In this document: piece by piece, positions 49,641 through 61,492 of the stretch | Position numbering within the stretch: the stretch's first letter is position 1 | How the letters are laid out: each line of letters opens with the position of its first letter | Assembly: GCA_017499595.2 (NCBI GenBank) | Contig: CM039007.1 | Span: forward strand, 2,232,001-2,296,000 | Source: Psilocybe cubensis | Taxonomy: Eukaryota | DNA: 64,000 nt | Direction: 5' to 3' | The notes under the pieces: generated by a model | Told to the model about the DNA's origin: nothing | What the model saw: only the letters and a program-made list of their open reading frames with translations | The model's database searches: none | Translations under genes and position numbers: made by a program

Positions 49641-51330
49641 AGATTTATAATTACAGATTAACCAGTTCTTTGAACATTCTTGTTGTATCCCATCTCGTTG
49701 AATTCATGCACTTACTGCAGCTTTTTAAACCTCCTGTCAAGGATGAACATCATCTCCTTACCTATGATGAGCGACGTGCTCTGGCCAAAGTTCATGTCCA
49801 TATTTGTGGTACACGGATCCGTGCCGGATACCGTTTGTTCATTGCAAACGGAGACTCTGTTTCCTCTGTGCGTTGCCAAAAATGGATGTATTTGCTTGAC
49901 CTGGAGGTGGTAAGACAGTAATTTTGAACTATTATATCTTGCATTGAGAACTGCTCGATAGGCTATACTGCTGAGAGTACTCGGATACTGCTATGTCAAT
50001 GGATTCCAAGTTGATATTCCATTTTTTATATCAGAAATTCTCAATCAGAGTATACATGCCGTTTTGAACCGAACTCCCCACCATCGAGCTATTCTATTTG
50101 AATCTTTAAATCAAAGCTGGTCAGCATGGGAAGATGATGAAATTTTAAATCAGACCAAGAGCTGGGGATATTGGTGGAGGGACGGATTTGCTGAAGGCAA
50201 TGAGTGGCAAGTTGCCTTTGTTACCGTTGAATCGCAAGCAAGAGAATTTTGGAACAAGGTATGTTTTTTTATTGCGGTGGATTATATCTGATTTGCGTGC
50301 TTCCCACCAGGTGGTTCTGCCTGAATACCAACAAGAGGTACTCTGGCTAAATAATCAGAGGAAAGAAGCTAAGGAGGGTGCAAATTCATCCACCTCTGGG
50401 CCTCCAAAAAATCAAGAAAACAATCCCAAGGGCAAGGGAAAGGCGGCTGAACAGACATCCGTCCCCATCTCGGGGAAGCACGGATCCGCGTTCATGGGGA
50501 AGCATGGCTCTGCGTTTTCACCGCCCACGGGGAAACCCAATCCGCCGACCCTTGTTGCAAACACGCGGGATGAAACATCCCCGATTGCAATTTCTGACCA
50601 CAGACCGCCCTACTGTCCCCGCTGCGGTCAGCCTATCCTAACGGGCGTAATGAGGGAGTTGGCTTACCTGCGCCGGAATGTGGCGGACAAAATAAAGAAT
50701 GCCCATAAAGCAGTGACTACTTCTTTGGCCACCTTGGGCAGATATTCTGTATTGGAGAAGATGTGGATTGACTCTAAGGAGCACCTGTTCTCTAACGGCA
50801 AAGGGCTTTCAGCCAAATACAAATTTCAGCATCCCGTTCACCCTTCTCCTGACAGTTGGGGAGCTATAATGGCTCAAGCCCGGTCCTTCAAGGTCTCAAA
50901 GCTCAAGGTCACTTTATTTTACATCAACAACATTTTTTATTCTTTTATTGCCGTCAAGGAACTACCTTTTCATCCACTCTGGTATCATTTGCCACCCTCC
51001 AACACTGCAAATATTCATCTCCCAACAGATACTCTGCCTACGCCCGGTTCCGTCAGCCCTCCGTCAAATGCACACACCAGCAACACCTTCCTTTTTAACG
51101 CAAGGTCAAGACCTGTTTTCCCGGTAGAAGAGGATGATAATGATAGTACATCCGATACCACTGAATCCTCTACACCAGCTACGTTTTTAGAGCATCTCGC
51201 ACAGGACTTTAAAGAGGAGGCGGATGAGGAGTCTTCCGCCAGTAATACGACAGAGGAGTCAGATGCTTCCGGTAACTCGGAAGAGCTTAGCAAAGACGTG
51301 TCGGAAACACCCTGGGATGAGGAATCTTAG
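49637..51330 (+). CDS. KDZ cargo gene of unknown function (spliced; CPRC motif; acidic C-terminus); 5' boundary uncertain
   Basis: Consecutive + strand ORFs separated by GT-AG introns; 380-aa final ORF with YCPRCG. Confidence 0.5.
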
Positions 51331-51570
51331 TTGCCCACCTCTCACACAGGACGTTGAAGAGAAGGCGGATGATGCCTTTTCCACCAGTAATACAACAGCG
51401 GAGTCCGATGATTCCGGTGATCTTGGAAGAGCTCAGCGCGGGCGCGTCGGAAACATCCTGGAACAGAAAATTCTGATTGTGCTGTAGCTTTCATACTGTT
51501 TTGTTTTGGAAATATAAAAAAATCTTTCCCAAACTCAACTTCCAAGTCAAAAACTGATCATATTTCAAAA

Positions 51571-52838
51571 TCAAAAGTATTGGTGGCCGGTAAATTTGCA
51601 AAAAAGATTGTACGTAGTAGACCATCCCGCCTCTTGGACTCCCAGCTCTTCAAATACAGTCCTACGCATGTAATAGACTATGACTGCCCTATTTCCCTTG
51701 CACACCGCGCCGTGTTGAAGCAACCTGCCGGTAATTGCAACAAGGATCATGGGATCATACTTGTACCAAAGTCCAAGGCCAGGAAGCTCAAGCCGTCCGT
51801 GTTCACCCTTCCCAAGTGGCATCAAAAAATCATACCATGAGTAGCATGACCCATTATCCCGATGGTACGGTGTATCTTGGTTGCTAATGGTGGTCATGAC
51901 TCCAAAGGGCGAACTCCATATTGTGAGAATTTGCTTCAATATTTCGGCCTTATGGACGAGCTCCAGTTCCGCAGCAAGCCGTTGAAGAAATTTCATTCCC
52001 GCCCGGTACTGCTTGGAGTGTATAATGCTCAAGATGGCTTCCAGCAAAGCCGAAGATGTCATCATGTCTCGTATAAACTCCTGTCCAATAGGATTACACA
52101 AGTCCAAGGAGACCTCAAGCGGGTTGGACCTCTGAGGAAAATATGAGGCACTATAATACTTAGTAAACAAGTTTCTCACCTCATGGCCTTGCTGAAACCA
52201 TGTCGGGAAAAAGTTAAGATTTCCAGATTGAAGCCAACCAGGCTCATATCGAAAGTAACTGTCATTAATCCTCCAGCTTGTGGCCAAAGGTACCGCCTTG
52301 TGAATCATTGTTTCAATATCCTATAATGAATTCCACACACTCTCCTGTTACTCTTTAGAAAGCATAATATAGGAATTAATTGGTCCATTTCTAAAATTCA
52401 CCACCCTTGTCTCTGACAAAATACCTGGCAGGTACCACACTAATATGTTGCCTGCACTATCGATTACAGTTCCGGGCAGGGTTTGGTACTGTAATGTAGA
52501 ATGCACCGGAGAAAACTGGTCTTTCAGGCAAGCCTCAACGGCAGAATTCTGACCCGTGCAACGTGCGCTGAGATGGGTCAAATATTCTTCTGCATCCCAC
52601 GTCGTATATTTTGCCATTTACACATTATTTAATCTCAATTTTCAAAGCTTATTGATTGCATACCTTGATTTTCAAATGCCTGCAAAATCACCTCCACAGC
52701 TAGATTGCACTCAAACATGGTCTCAGCACTAAAGTTTTCCCGGATTTGATTAGGCAGTTCTGCATGCCAAAAACAACTAGCTATCTTTGCCTTCATGTAG
52801 TTTGAGAGGGATTGGGTTAGCTCAAAGGCATAATCCAT
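51571..52838 (-). CDS. TET/JBP-family 2OG-Fe(II) dioxygenase (spliced, possibly damaged)
   Basis: NQDTPYHRD (HxD), GRLELPGLG, LLQHG (second His), RAVIVYYMR; upstream GNILVWYLPG and WFQQGH. TET/JBP genes are known KDZ cargo in basidiomycetes. Confidence 0.88.
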
Positions 52839-52977
52839 GCTATCAGGGTATGTGGAAAGGAATGTGCTGCCAGTTATAATCTATACACCTTATTACATAT
52901 ATTAACAGTCATCCGATGTACGATTCAAGGCGAATATTTGTCGGAATACAGAAGCGGATGGATGAATGTACCCGTCT

Positions 52978-53280
52978 CAGCACAACATGGGTCAAGCGGA
53001 TCTGTCTGCTTGCAATACACAGGATGCAAATGGACCCGTCCGGCTCATTTCCGGCCCATGTTTCTTCCATGTAGGTAGACACGCGGATTCCGCAGGCCAC
53101 CCGGCAGCTCCATTTAGCGCTAAATGGCACGTCATGTATGCTATGATTTGCCAGGCTAAATCACACGTGTAGCACGCTAATCTCCTAATTAGGTAGCGGA
53201 AGTAAATCCACCATGTTTCACGTAATATCCTTATTATTAAATCTTAGGTAATGTACATTATAAATAAACTGTCTTATGTG
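52978..53280. repeat. Right TIR of the KDZ element (303 bp)
   Basis: Ends ...taaactgtcttatgtg, inverse of cacataagatagttta at 36018. Confidence 0.93.
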
Positions 53281-53553
53281 AGAAACAAACTTCAATATTT
53301 GGTCAAGTAGAAAAACTATCCTAATAAAGAATGCACTTGGGAGCCTGCAGAGCATTTGAAAAATGCTTCTAAGGCTATCAAAGACTTCCATGCCAAACAC
53401 CCTTCAGCACCTAGAAGGATTTCTACTGTGACCTTTAATAGACTTTCTTTTACTCCTATTATTAACTTTACTGAACCTCCTCCCCTTCTTAAACCCTCCA
53501 AACTAACTCATCCATGTGCACATTGTGGAAAATGTGCCTTAGAGAGGGGGTGA
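53281..53553 (+). pseudogene. Remainder of the chromovirus chromodomain plus PPT
   Basis: RNKLQYLVK*KNYPNKECTWEPAEHLKNA..IKDFH; PPT agagagggggtga. Confidence 0.88.
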
Positions 53554-53978
53554 TGTCAGTGTTTCTCCAGTTTTCCCTCTTTATTTTCACAGATTTATCT
53601 TATTCTTTCATTATCTTATTAATTATCTGATTAGATAGTTTATTTCTTTCATCATAGCCTTTTTGCTCCACTTTTTTCTAGTAAATTCTATATGATTCCT
53701 AGTCTTACTTATCCTTTTTCTATATAATGTCACTTTTATTCTTTAACTTTCCTTTATGATGTAATGTAGGGAATATTCTAGAATAGCTGTAGAGTATAAA
53801 TACTGGACTTGTAGGTAGCTGTAGCCTCAGCTTCAATCTTTTAGGATATCCACTATTATGGGTGTAATCTCTTAGAATCATTGAGTCTCTTTTACTCTCT
53901 TATTTTCTTTCTGCTCTCTTACTCTTACTCTGCTCTCTCTCTTTCTCTTGCTTGATCTTTGTTGGTGGCCTTGTCACA
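53554..53978 (+). repeat. 3' LTR of the chromovirus
   Basis: tgtcag...gtcaca directly after the PPT; TATA gtataaata. Confidence 0.75.
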
Positions 53979-55308
53979 CTGATTATAATGTTTTCCTGAC
54001 AGAATGTCTACACAATGCTAAACTCTTCGCAAATACAAAGAAATACAAATTTGGAAAAGCACAGGTTGAGTATCTAAGCTTCATTATATCCTCTCAAGAG
54101 GTAGAGATGAATCCAAAAAAACTCTCCACCATCACAGAATGGCCCAAGCCTAAGACCGTCAAAGATATCCAATTATTTCTTGGATTCACTAATTTTTATT
54201 GAAGATTTGTGGATCATTATTCAGAGACTGTACTATCACTGACTTTTTTAACCACCAAAGCAGCAAAAGTATCCTTTCAAGGTCCTACAGAAGCAGCCAG
54301 AACATTGTTTGAACAGCTCAAATTAGCCTTCACAACTGCTCCTGTTTTACAACATTTTGACACTCTAAAATCCTACACCGTGGTTACCAATGCTTCAGAT
54401 TATGCTATCTTGTCCATTCTCTTGCAATCCAACTCTTCTGACATACTTCAACCAGTTGCTTATTACTCTAGAAAGCTCTCATTTGCAGAAATTACTTACA
54501 AAATCTACAATAAAGAGCTCCTTGCTATTGTTGACATGTTCCAAGATATGCGCTTTTGGCTCATAGGTTCTCCAAAACCCATCTCTGTTCTCGCGACCAC
54601 AAAAATCTGGAATATTTTATGATATTGAAGACACTTAATCAATGTCAGGCACATTGGTCTATGCTGTTATCTGAATATGACTTTCAGCTAGACTATAAAC
54701 CCAGAAAGCATAACCCTGTGAACACGGCTTCAAGACGTTTGGACTTCATGCCTCAAGAGGGAGATGACATATTGAAAATTCAGCAAAAACTAATATTAAT
54801 TGAATACTATTTACAACAAATATTCCCTTATAACTTGCATTCCTCAGTGTCTCCAGTGATTGCTGCCTTGTCCACATTTATTTTAGACAACTCTGAACTA
54901 CTTCAAGAGTTCAAGGACACTTACAAGCACGACGTACAATGGCGTGAAGCCACACCCAATCTAATGAATCTTTCACCACTTCAGATGACCTAGTAGTCTT
55001 CCACAATGGTTGCCTCTATATTCCAGAACCCCTCCGCCTCAAAATCTTGCAGCTTCATCATAGTTTGGTTCTATCAGGACACCCAGACTATGCCGGAACA
55101 TATGATCTTGTATTTAGGGATTTCTCATGGCCTAATATGCAAAGATTTGTACAATCTTATGTATCTTCCTGCAAACATTGTGCTCAAAGCAAAATTATTC
55201 CACATAAATCTTATGGCTTACTCCAACCTCTTGAAATTTCCCAATGTCCATGGTCCTCTATTTCTATGGATTTCATCACAAAATTACCATTATTGCATGG
55301 TTACAACA
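53979..55308 (+). pseudogene. Decayed gypsy RT-RNase H-integrase fragment
   Basis: VEYLSF..EWPKPKTVKDIQLFLGFTNFY; TNASDYA; PVAYYSRKL..YNKELLAIV; GHP..CKHC; PWSSISMDFITKLP. Confidence 0.9.
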
Positions 55309-56423
55309 GAGGGGTCCCTACCACTTATTTGATTCAACTTGGGCACTTGCCCTTCACACCTGTTTATATGGTGCCCACCTTTTTTAGATGCAAAATATAT
55401 ATCATTATAGGCCAAGCTATATCATAAATCTGTATCATAGCCACCCAAATCTGTATCATAGCTGCCCAAAGTTTGTATCATAGCCACCCAAATCTGTATC
55501 ATAGCTGCCCAAAGCTTGTATCATTGATTTTAAAAGCTATATCATTAATTTCTGGAGCTGCATCATTAATTGTCCAAGAGCTACATTATTCTTTTTTAGA
55601 TTACTTAATAGCTGTATCATTCTTTCTACATTACTTAATGAAATGATCCTGATGTCATTGATCTGATTAGAATTAGGCTTTGGGCCATCATTGATGGATA
55701 TGACATCATGCTCAATTAGGGTTCTGGGCCTTCCCCTTTGCCTCGGCCCCTAGCTCTATAAATAGAGCTCATCCTATGCTACTTTTGTGCATTGCTGGCA
55801 ATGAATTGGGTGCTTTTGGGGGCATTTCTGGACCGTTTCCCTTGGTCTTTTTTAGTAGACCTATAGTTTTAAGGTGTCTCAATTCGAATCTAAAATTAGA
55901 ATTGCAATATCTTTACTCATTACTGTGCAATTAAGTGTACAATGTTTTGGTCAAAAAGCGCACCTTGAATAGCACCCTCCAGGGGTTGGTATTCACTCTT
56001 TTGACCATTTTATTATTTTTTTTTTTAAGTTAGAGGGAGTACATGCCAAGTTTTAGCTTAATTGGAGCAGTGGAACCTATTGAATTAGAATGTGCACCCT
56101 ACCCCTCCTCCTACCCCTTGTATAATTGCCTTCCTGATCAGATAAATTCAGGTCCAGCTAGGGTTGGTTAGGCACCTATTATACCAATTTTTAGAGCCCT
56201 TAATCTTAATCAAATTCCAATATTGGATGGTACCATTCCCCATCCTTCCTAGAGTTTGTGTATTTTATTATAGCATAGGATGAACATTTCCAGCACATAT
56301 AAGTATGTAAAACTGTCCTATACAGTACCAGAAACACAATGCATACCTTTGAAACTTTCTAGATGAAGAAGAACACCTTGGGTATGAGGTCAACAAAAAG
56401 ACATTAGGTTTCCACCCTAAAAT

Positions 56424-58006
56424 TGTTAGGAATTGACTTAAGTCAGGAGAGAAGAATGCCCAAAGACCAAGTTGATATCGAAGCTGGGGTCTGACTACTG
56501 ACCCCAGGACCCTATATATACATGGAGACCGGAGTAACTACTTCCCGGACCAGAGTACTCGACATATGACAACTATCAATAGATGAAACAGGAGAACGAT
56601 AGACGTGGGACCGAACACAAAGATAGAACAAGGCATGACAGCATGGGACCGTAACAGATAACGATAACGGATAGGGGTGGCACCAATACGTACCCTGACA
56701 TCACCTCCCCTCTAAAGGTCGGTGTCCCAACGACCTGGTCTTTACCGTGGACGGTTTGCACCAAAGACATGAGGCGGTCCACCGCCACGACGCGCGGTCT
56801 GAATTCCCTCCCTAGGCTGAACAGGCCCGGGGCAAGAGTAACCGTCAGAGTGTTGCTGCGGAGCCCTGAGAGCGTCCACCTCCATAGGCGAACCAGGGGT
56901 GAGCGACGAGGATGGGCTGGAGCGAGTGTCAACAGCCATAGGAGTGGGCAAATGCGGAGAAGCCGTCCCGGAATGGGATGTCCGCGTAGTTAGGGTAGAG
57001 CTTGAGGTTGGAGTAGGAGAAGGAGGTTCAATGACGAGGGTAGGAGGGGCGGCAGTGGGCGCAGGAGGCTGTTTAGGCTTCTTGGACCTAGGGTTGCGGA
57101 TGCAACGACGGGCAATCCGCTTGCCGATAGCAGAAAGAGCATCACCGACTTCACGAGCAGTGCCCCTAATAGTGACGGCACGCAAACCGGAGGTGACGAC
57201 GGGGGAGACCAAGATCTTTGCATGCAAGATGTTGTGGATTTGGCGTAAGCCAGTTCCTGCGCGCCCTATGACGTGGCCAGCCTGTTCGTCCGCAATAGAC
57301 AGGGTAGCGACGATCTTCTCAAGGGCGGCTTTGGTAGTAGTAGAGCGGATGGATTGGGAGTGCGGAGGCCCTGTAGTAGGGGTAGAGGTAGGTGCAGCCG
57401 GGCGTTCCTTTCTAGAGGTGCGTCGAGCACGAGGTGCGCGAGCAGAGGGAGTGGGAGCGGCAGGCGGTTTGGGTAGGGAGGCCGTGAGGCGTTCGAGTTT
57501 AAACTCAATGGCAGACAGTCGGTCATCAACCTTTTTATCGGCATCGAACCTGACTTGCTGCGCCCTAAAGAGGAGGGTGAAACGGTCCTCGAGGGACATT
57601 GTCATAAACCCATCGTAAGACGAAGGAGGGTCGGCCATAGAGTATAGTAGGTGGGGGCAAGGTAGAGTGGAGTAGACGAGCGCTGCAGTGGATAGAGTAC
57701 CAGGGCAACGTTGGGTAGCTTCGATATGCTGTTAGGAATCGACTTAAGTCAAGAGAGAAGAATGCCCAAAGACCAAGTTGATATCGAAGCTGGGGTCTGA
57801 CTACTGACCCCAGGACCCTATATATACATGGAGACCGGAGTAACTACTTCCCGGACTAGAGTACTCGACATATGACAACTATCAATAGATGAAACAGGAG
57901 AACAATAGACGTGGGACCGAACACAAAGATAGAACAAGGCATGACAGCGTGGGACCGTAACAGATAACGATAACGGATAGGGGTGGCACCAATACGTACC
58001 CTGACA
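56424..58006 (-). mobile_element. Miniature LTR element (TRIM-like, 1583 bp) with 277-bp LTRs, 5-bp TSD AAAAT, PPT and self-priming PBS
   Basis: LTRs 56424-56700 and 57730-58006 (TG...CA, 5 transitions). aaaat at 56419-56423 and 58007-58011. PPT (minus) ttagaggggaggtga at 56701-56715. Confidence 0.95.
56742..57638 (-). CDS. 298-aa protein with one type-I KH RNA-binding domain, N-terminal coiled coil and Pro/Ser/Thr-rich flanks
   Basis: Intact ATG-to-stop ORF. aa ~109-175: IVATLSIADEQAGHVIGRAGTGLRQIHNILHAKILVS...RAVTIRGTAREVGDALSAI (VIGxxG signature). Confidence 0.85.
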   Translation of the reverse strand: MADPPSSYDGFMTMSLEDRFTLLFRAQQVRFDADKKVDDRLSAIEFKLERLTASLPKPPAAPTPSARAPRARRTSRKERPAAPTSTPTTGPPHSQSIRSTTTKAALEKIVATLSIADEQAGHVIGRAGTGLRQIHNILHAKILVSPVVTSGLRAVTIRGTAREVGDALSAIGKRIARRCIRNPRSKKPKQPPAPTAAPPTLVIEPPSPTPTSSSTLTTRTSHSGTASPHLPTPMAVDTRSSPSSSLTPGSPMEVDALRAPQQHSDGYSCPGPVQPREGIQTARRGGGPPHVFGANRPR

Positions 58007-59798
58007 AAAATGAGCATATCACAGCTTATACTTCACCAAAATCCTCATATTATACATCTGCGGATAGCTATTACGGTCCTCTACATATTATATTCAGTAT
58101 GCTAAACAGCCAGAGCACCTCACAAAATGGTACAAGAAGAATAAGCAATATTCTCTAAAAATAGCAAAAAGGTGAAATATGATGGGCAAGATAACACCCA
58201 AAAAATACAAATATAATACAATTGTGTAGTAGCCCCAAATGACACCTATCTGTGGTATATAGAATCATGGAAATCCGATGAGTATGAGCTGAGATATGTC
58301 AAAAAGTATCTCGGAGAAAGGCCAAAGAGGTGACCACAAACAAAGCATAAATAAAGGCCAATATCCATCCGGGTCTCTGATGGGTTCTTCAACAACCTTT
58401 CTTTCCATATCTCAACAACCACTGGTCCAATGCACAACATCCTTGATGTTCTGGAAAGCTACATTTTAGGACAATATTATCCTGCTTTTATATTTTCTGA
58501 TCATGATCATTTATATATGGTAAATGCGAAAATACTGTGCATTTTGATGAAGAATGGTATTCCCTCTGCAGCATCTCATCTCATGGATGGATCTTTTTAC
58601 AGCTTGAGAGTAATAGTTAGGGGGCAACTATAGGTATCTGTAGACATCAAGTATATGATTTATGACAAAGTATTTATAGAGATATGTCCTGATCAATAAC
58701 CTACCATACCTCTCCTCATACCTCCTCTTGAATCAGTATGTTTCCTTGCTACCAAGAGTTTCAAAGAATAACTTTTGGGCTGTATGTACTTTTAGTGTTA
58801 TATTGACATGTTTATTAACAGTCTGAAGGCCCATCCTATGCTATAATAAAATACACAAACTCTAGGAAGGATGGGGAATGGTACCATCCAATATTGGAAT
58901 TTGATTAAGATTAAGGGCTCTAAAAATTGGTATAATAGGCGCCTAACCAACCCTAGCTGGACCTGAATTTATCTGATCAGGAAGGCAATTATACAAGGGG
59001 TAGGAGGAGGGGTAGGGTGCACATTCTAATTCAATAGGTTCCACTGCTCCAATTAAGCTAAAACTTGGCATGTACTCCCTCTAACTTAAAAAAAAAAATA
59101 ATAAAATGGTCAAAAGAGTGAATACCAACCCCTGGAGGGTGCTATTCAAGGTGCGCTTTTTGACCAAAACATTGTACACTTAATTGCACAGTAATGAGTA
59201 AAGATATTGCAATTCTAATTTTAGATTCGAATTGAGACACCTTAAAACTATAGGTCTACTAAAAAAGACCAAGGGAAACGGTCCAGAAATGCCCCCAAAA
59301 GCACCCAATTCATTGCCAGCAATGCACAAAAGTAGCATAGGATGAGCTCTATTTATAGAGCTAGGGGCCGAGGCAAAGGGGAAGGCCCAGAACCCTAATT
59401 GAGCATGATGTCATATCCATCAATGATGGCCCAAAGCCTAATTCTAATCAGATCAATGACATCAGGATCATTTCATTAAGTAATGTAGAAAGAATGATAC
59501 AGCTATTAAGTAATCTAAAAAAGAATAATGTAGCTCTTGGACAATTAATGATGCAGCTCCAGAAATTAATGATATAGCTTTTAAAATCAATGATACAAGC
59601 TTTGGGCAGCTATGATACAGATTTGGGTGGCTATGATACAGATTTGGGCAGCTATGATACAGATTTATGATATAGCTTGGCCTATAATGATATATATTTT
59701 GCATCTAAAAAAGGTGGGCACCATATAAACAGGTGTGAAGGGCAAGTGCCCAAGTTATATTAAATAAAGTGGTAGGTACTAGTGCACAACACTATATG

Positions 59799-60117
59799 TG
59801 TTGAACGACTATTATTAATAAAGATCACGTTCGACCGTGTGACTCTCAGAGTCATATGATAAGTCATGAAAATAGATTACTAAGTAGATAGATGACTAAG
59901 TACTATACAGTAGTTACTGTCACTAGTCACATGTAACACACTCTAGGTGTATATAAGGGCGATGCTAGTGCCCTCTAATAACAAGCGGTTTTCACAACCC
60001 ACTTGAGTAGCTACAACTCAAGTAATACAACCCAAAGGGTAAGTATTAAGTCAAGTCCTTAGCCACTGCGTACATAGACTGTGTAGAGTAGTCTTGGGCA
60101 CATTATGCTGCTCAACA
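59799..60117 (+). repeat. 5' LTR of a second copia family, followed by PBS GGTTATGGGCCC (60118-60129)
   Basis: tgttgaac...gctcaaca|ggttatgggcccc. Confidence 0.88.
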
Positions 60118-60403
60118 GGTTATGGGCCCCGTAGCCATAACGACGCAGGCTTGTTAGCCTTGCTGTCAACGGCACTGGCCTAGGGACAATACTTGCCCCA
60201 TGCTGCTCTGAAAGATAACGCCTATTTTTGGCGATCTAGATAAGTGTGCAAAAGATCTTAATCTCAATTAGATCTTAGATCTGATCTTGAGATTGATCGG
60301 GCCTGACCAGCCCAACTGTTTCCTTTCTATTCTAAGTTCAGGATGTGAGAAAAGCCTTGCTGACTTATTCTTGTCACAGGCTCAAACTTTAAGCGCACTA
60401 AGA

Positions 60404-61492
60404 ATGTCTTCCAAAGCAACCGTATCCGTTTCTGAATTCCCCAAATTCGATGGTTCCAACTATCGTAAATGGGCTGACAAAATGCTTCCCATATTCCTCC
60501 TGACTGGCGTTGATGGGGTTATTTCTGGAGATGTTGTGGCCCCTTCTCCAATTGAAGGAGAGCCTGCATTCTCATCCCCCGTTGCTCCGGCAACAACTGT
60601 TAACACAGCTCAAATTGAGCTGTGAAAAATCCAATTCCAACGCTGGTCGCAAAGATCTTCGTCGTTTGAAAAAGCGATGAAAGATTTTAAGGAGCAGAAT
60701 TCCAAGGCACTAGGTGTCATCGCAAATTCCTTGATCCTATCTATCTGGGAAACAGTCAAGGGAAAGACCGCAAAGGGGGCATGGGATGATCTGAAAGCAA
60801 AATACGATAAAGTTCAATTTGTTGAAGTGATGGAGGACTTTAAACGTCTGACCACCTTCAAATTTGATCTTTCGGATCCTACCCCTTAGCTGGCCCGTTT
60901 CAGAGCCATCTACGAGCATGTCAAGAAGGTCGAAAATGCAGATCTAGTATCCGAGACCATGGCATGTCTCATCTTATTCTCACATTTACCCCTTGCGGTA
61001 TCGCCCAATCAACCGCCCTCCATATATCAAGACCTTATTAATGATTATGGAGACAAGACCAAGATTGACGACATGAAGCTGGAGGCTATCTCCGCTGATA
61101 TCCGCAATTGTTGGGGAGCGCAGTTTGGTAATTTGGATGACAGGCAAAAACCTAAAAAGGGTACGACATATGACCCTAAGCCTGCACTAAAGACCAGCCC
61201 TTCCCGGGCACCGCAACAGTCGGCTGAACGCAATACTGCAATCCGACCAAAAGGGGAACACCCCCACTATCATCCTTTGAAGACCCCTAATCAGGGACAG
61301 TCTCAGGGTGATAATCAGGAGAAGAGGATTCGTAAGCGTGCTCCACAAGGCAAAGGCAAGCAGCGTGCACAAGGCAATACAACCTTAGCGGATGATGTCT
61401 TTATGGCATCAACATTGATGGTTCTCGAACCAGCAATTCCAGCTCCCACCACGTCAAGGATCATCGAGATCAACGGTAGAGGAAGTATCTCC
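60404..61492 (+). pseudogene. Copia gag with stops, interrupted by another copia
   Basis: MSSKATVSVSEFPKFDGSNYRKWA..KTAKGAWDDLKAKY; stops at ~60623 and ~60887. Confidence 0.8.

Larger units (their letters stand above)
36018..53280. mobile_element. KDZ-superfamily (Kyakuja/Dileera/Zisupton-type, CxC2) DNA transposon, ~15.3 kb without its insert, 303-bp TIRs, 7-bp TSD AGAAACA
   Basis: TSD at 36011-36017 and 53281-53287. Left TIR 36018-36033 plus 38022-38308 is the reverse complement of 52978-53280. Removing the element restores the chromodomain reading. Confidence 0.92.
55309..59785. mobile_element. Foldback-type DNA element with ~965-bp TIRs; candidate 6-bp TSD ACAACA
   Basis: 55317-56282 is the reverse complement of 58832-59776. 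acaaca occurs at 55303-55308 and 59786-59791. Excision restores the gypsy reading GYNTIC. Confidence 0.85.

Noticed and set aside
56899..57618. 239-aa + strand ORF in the mini-LTR element
   Set aside because: Non-ATG start, antisense to the KH ORF; PPT and PBS orient the element on the minus strand.
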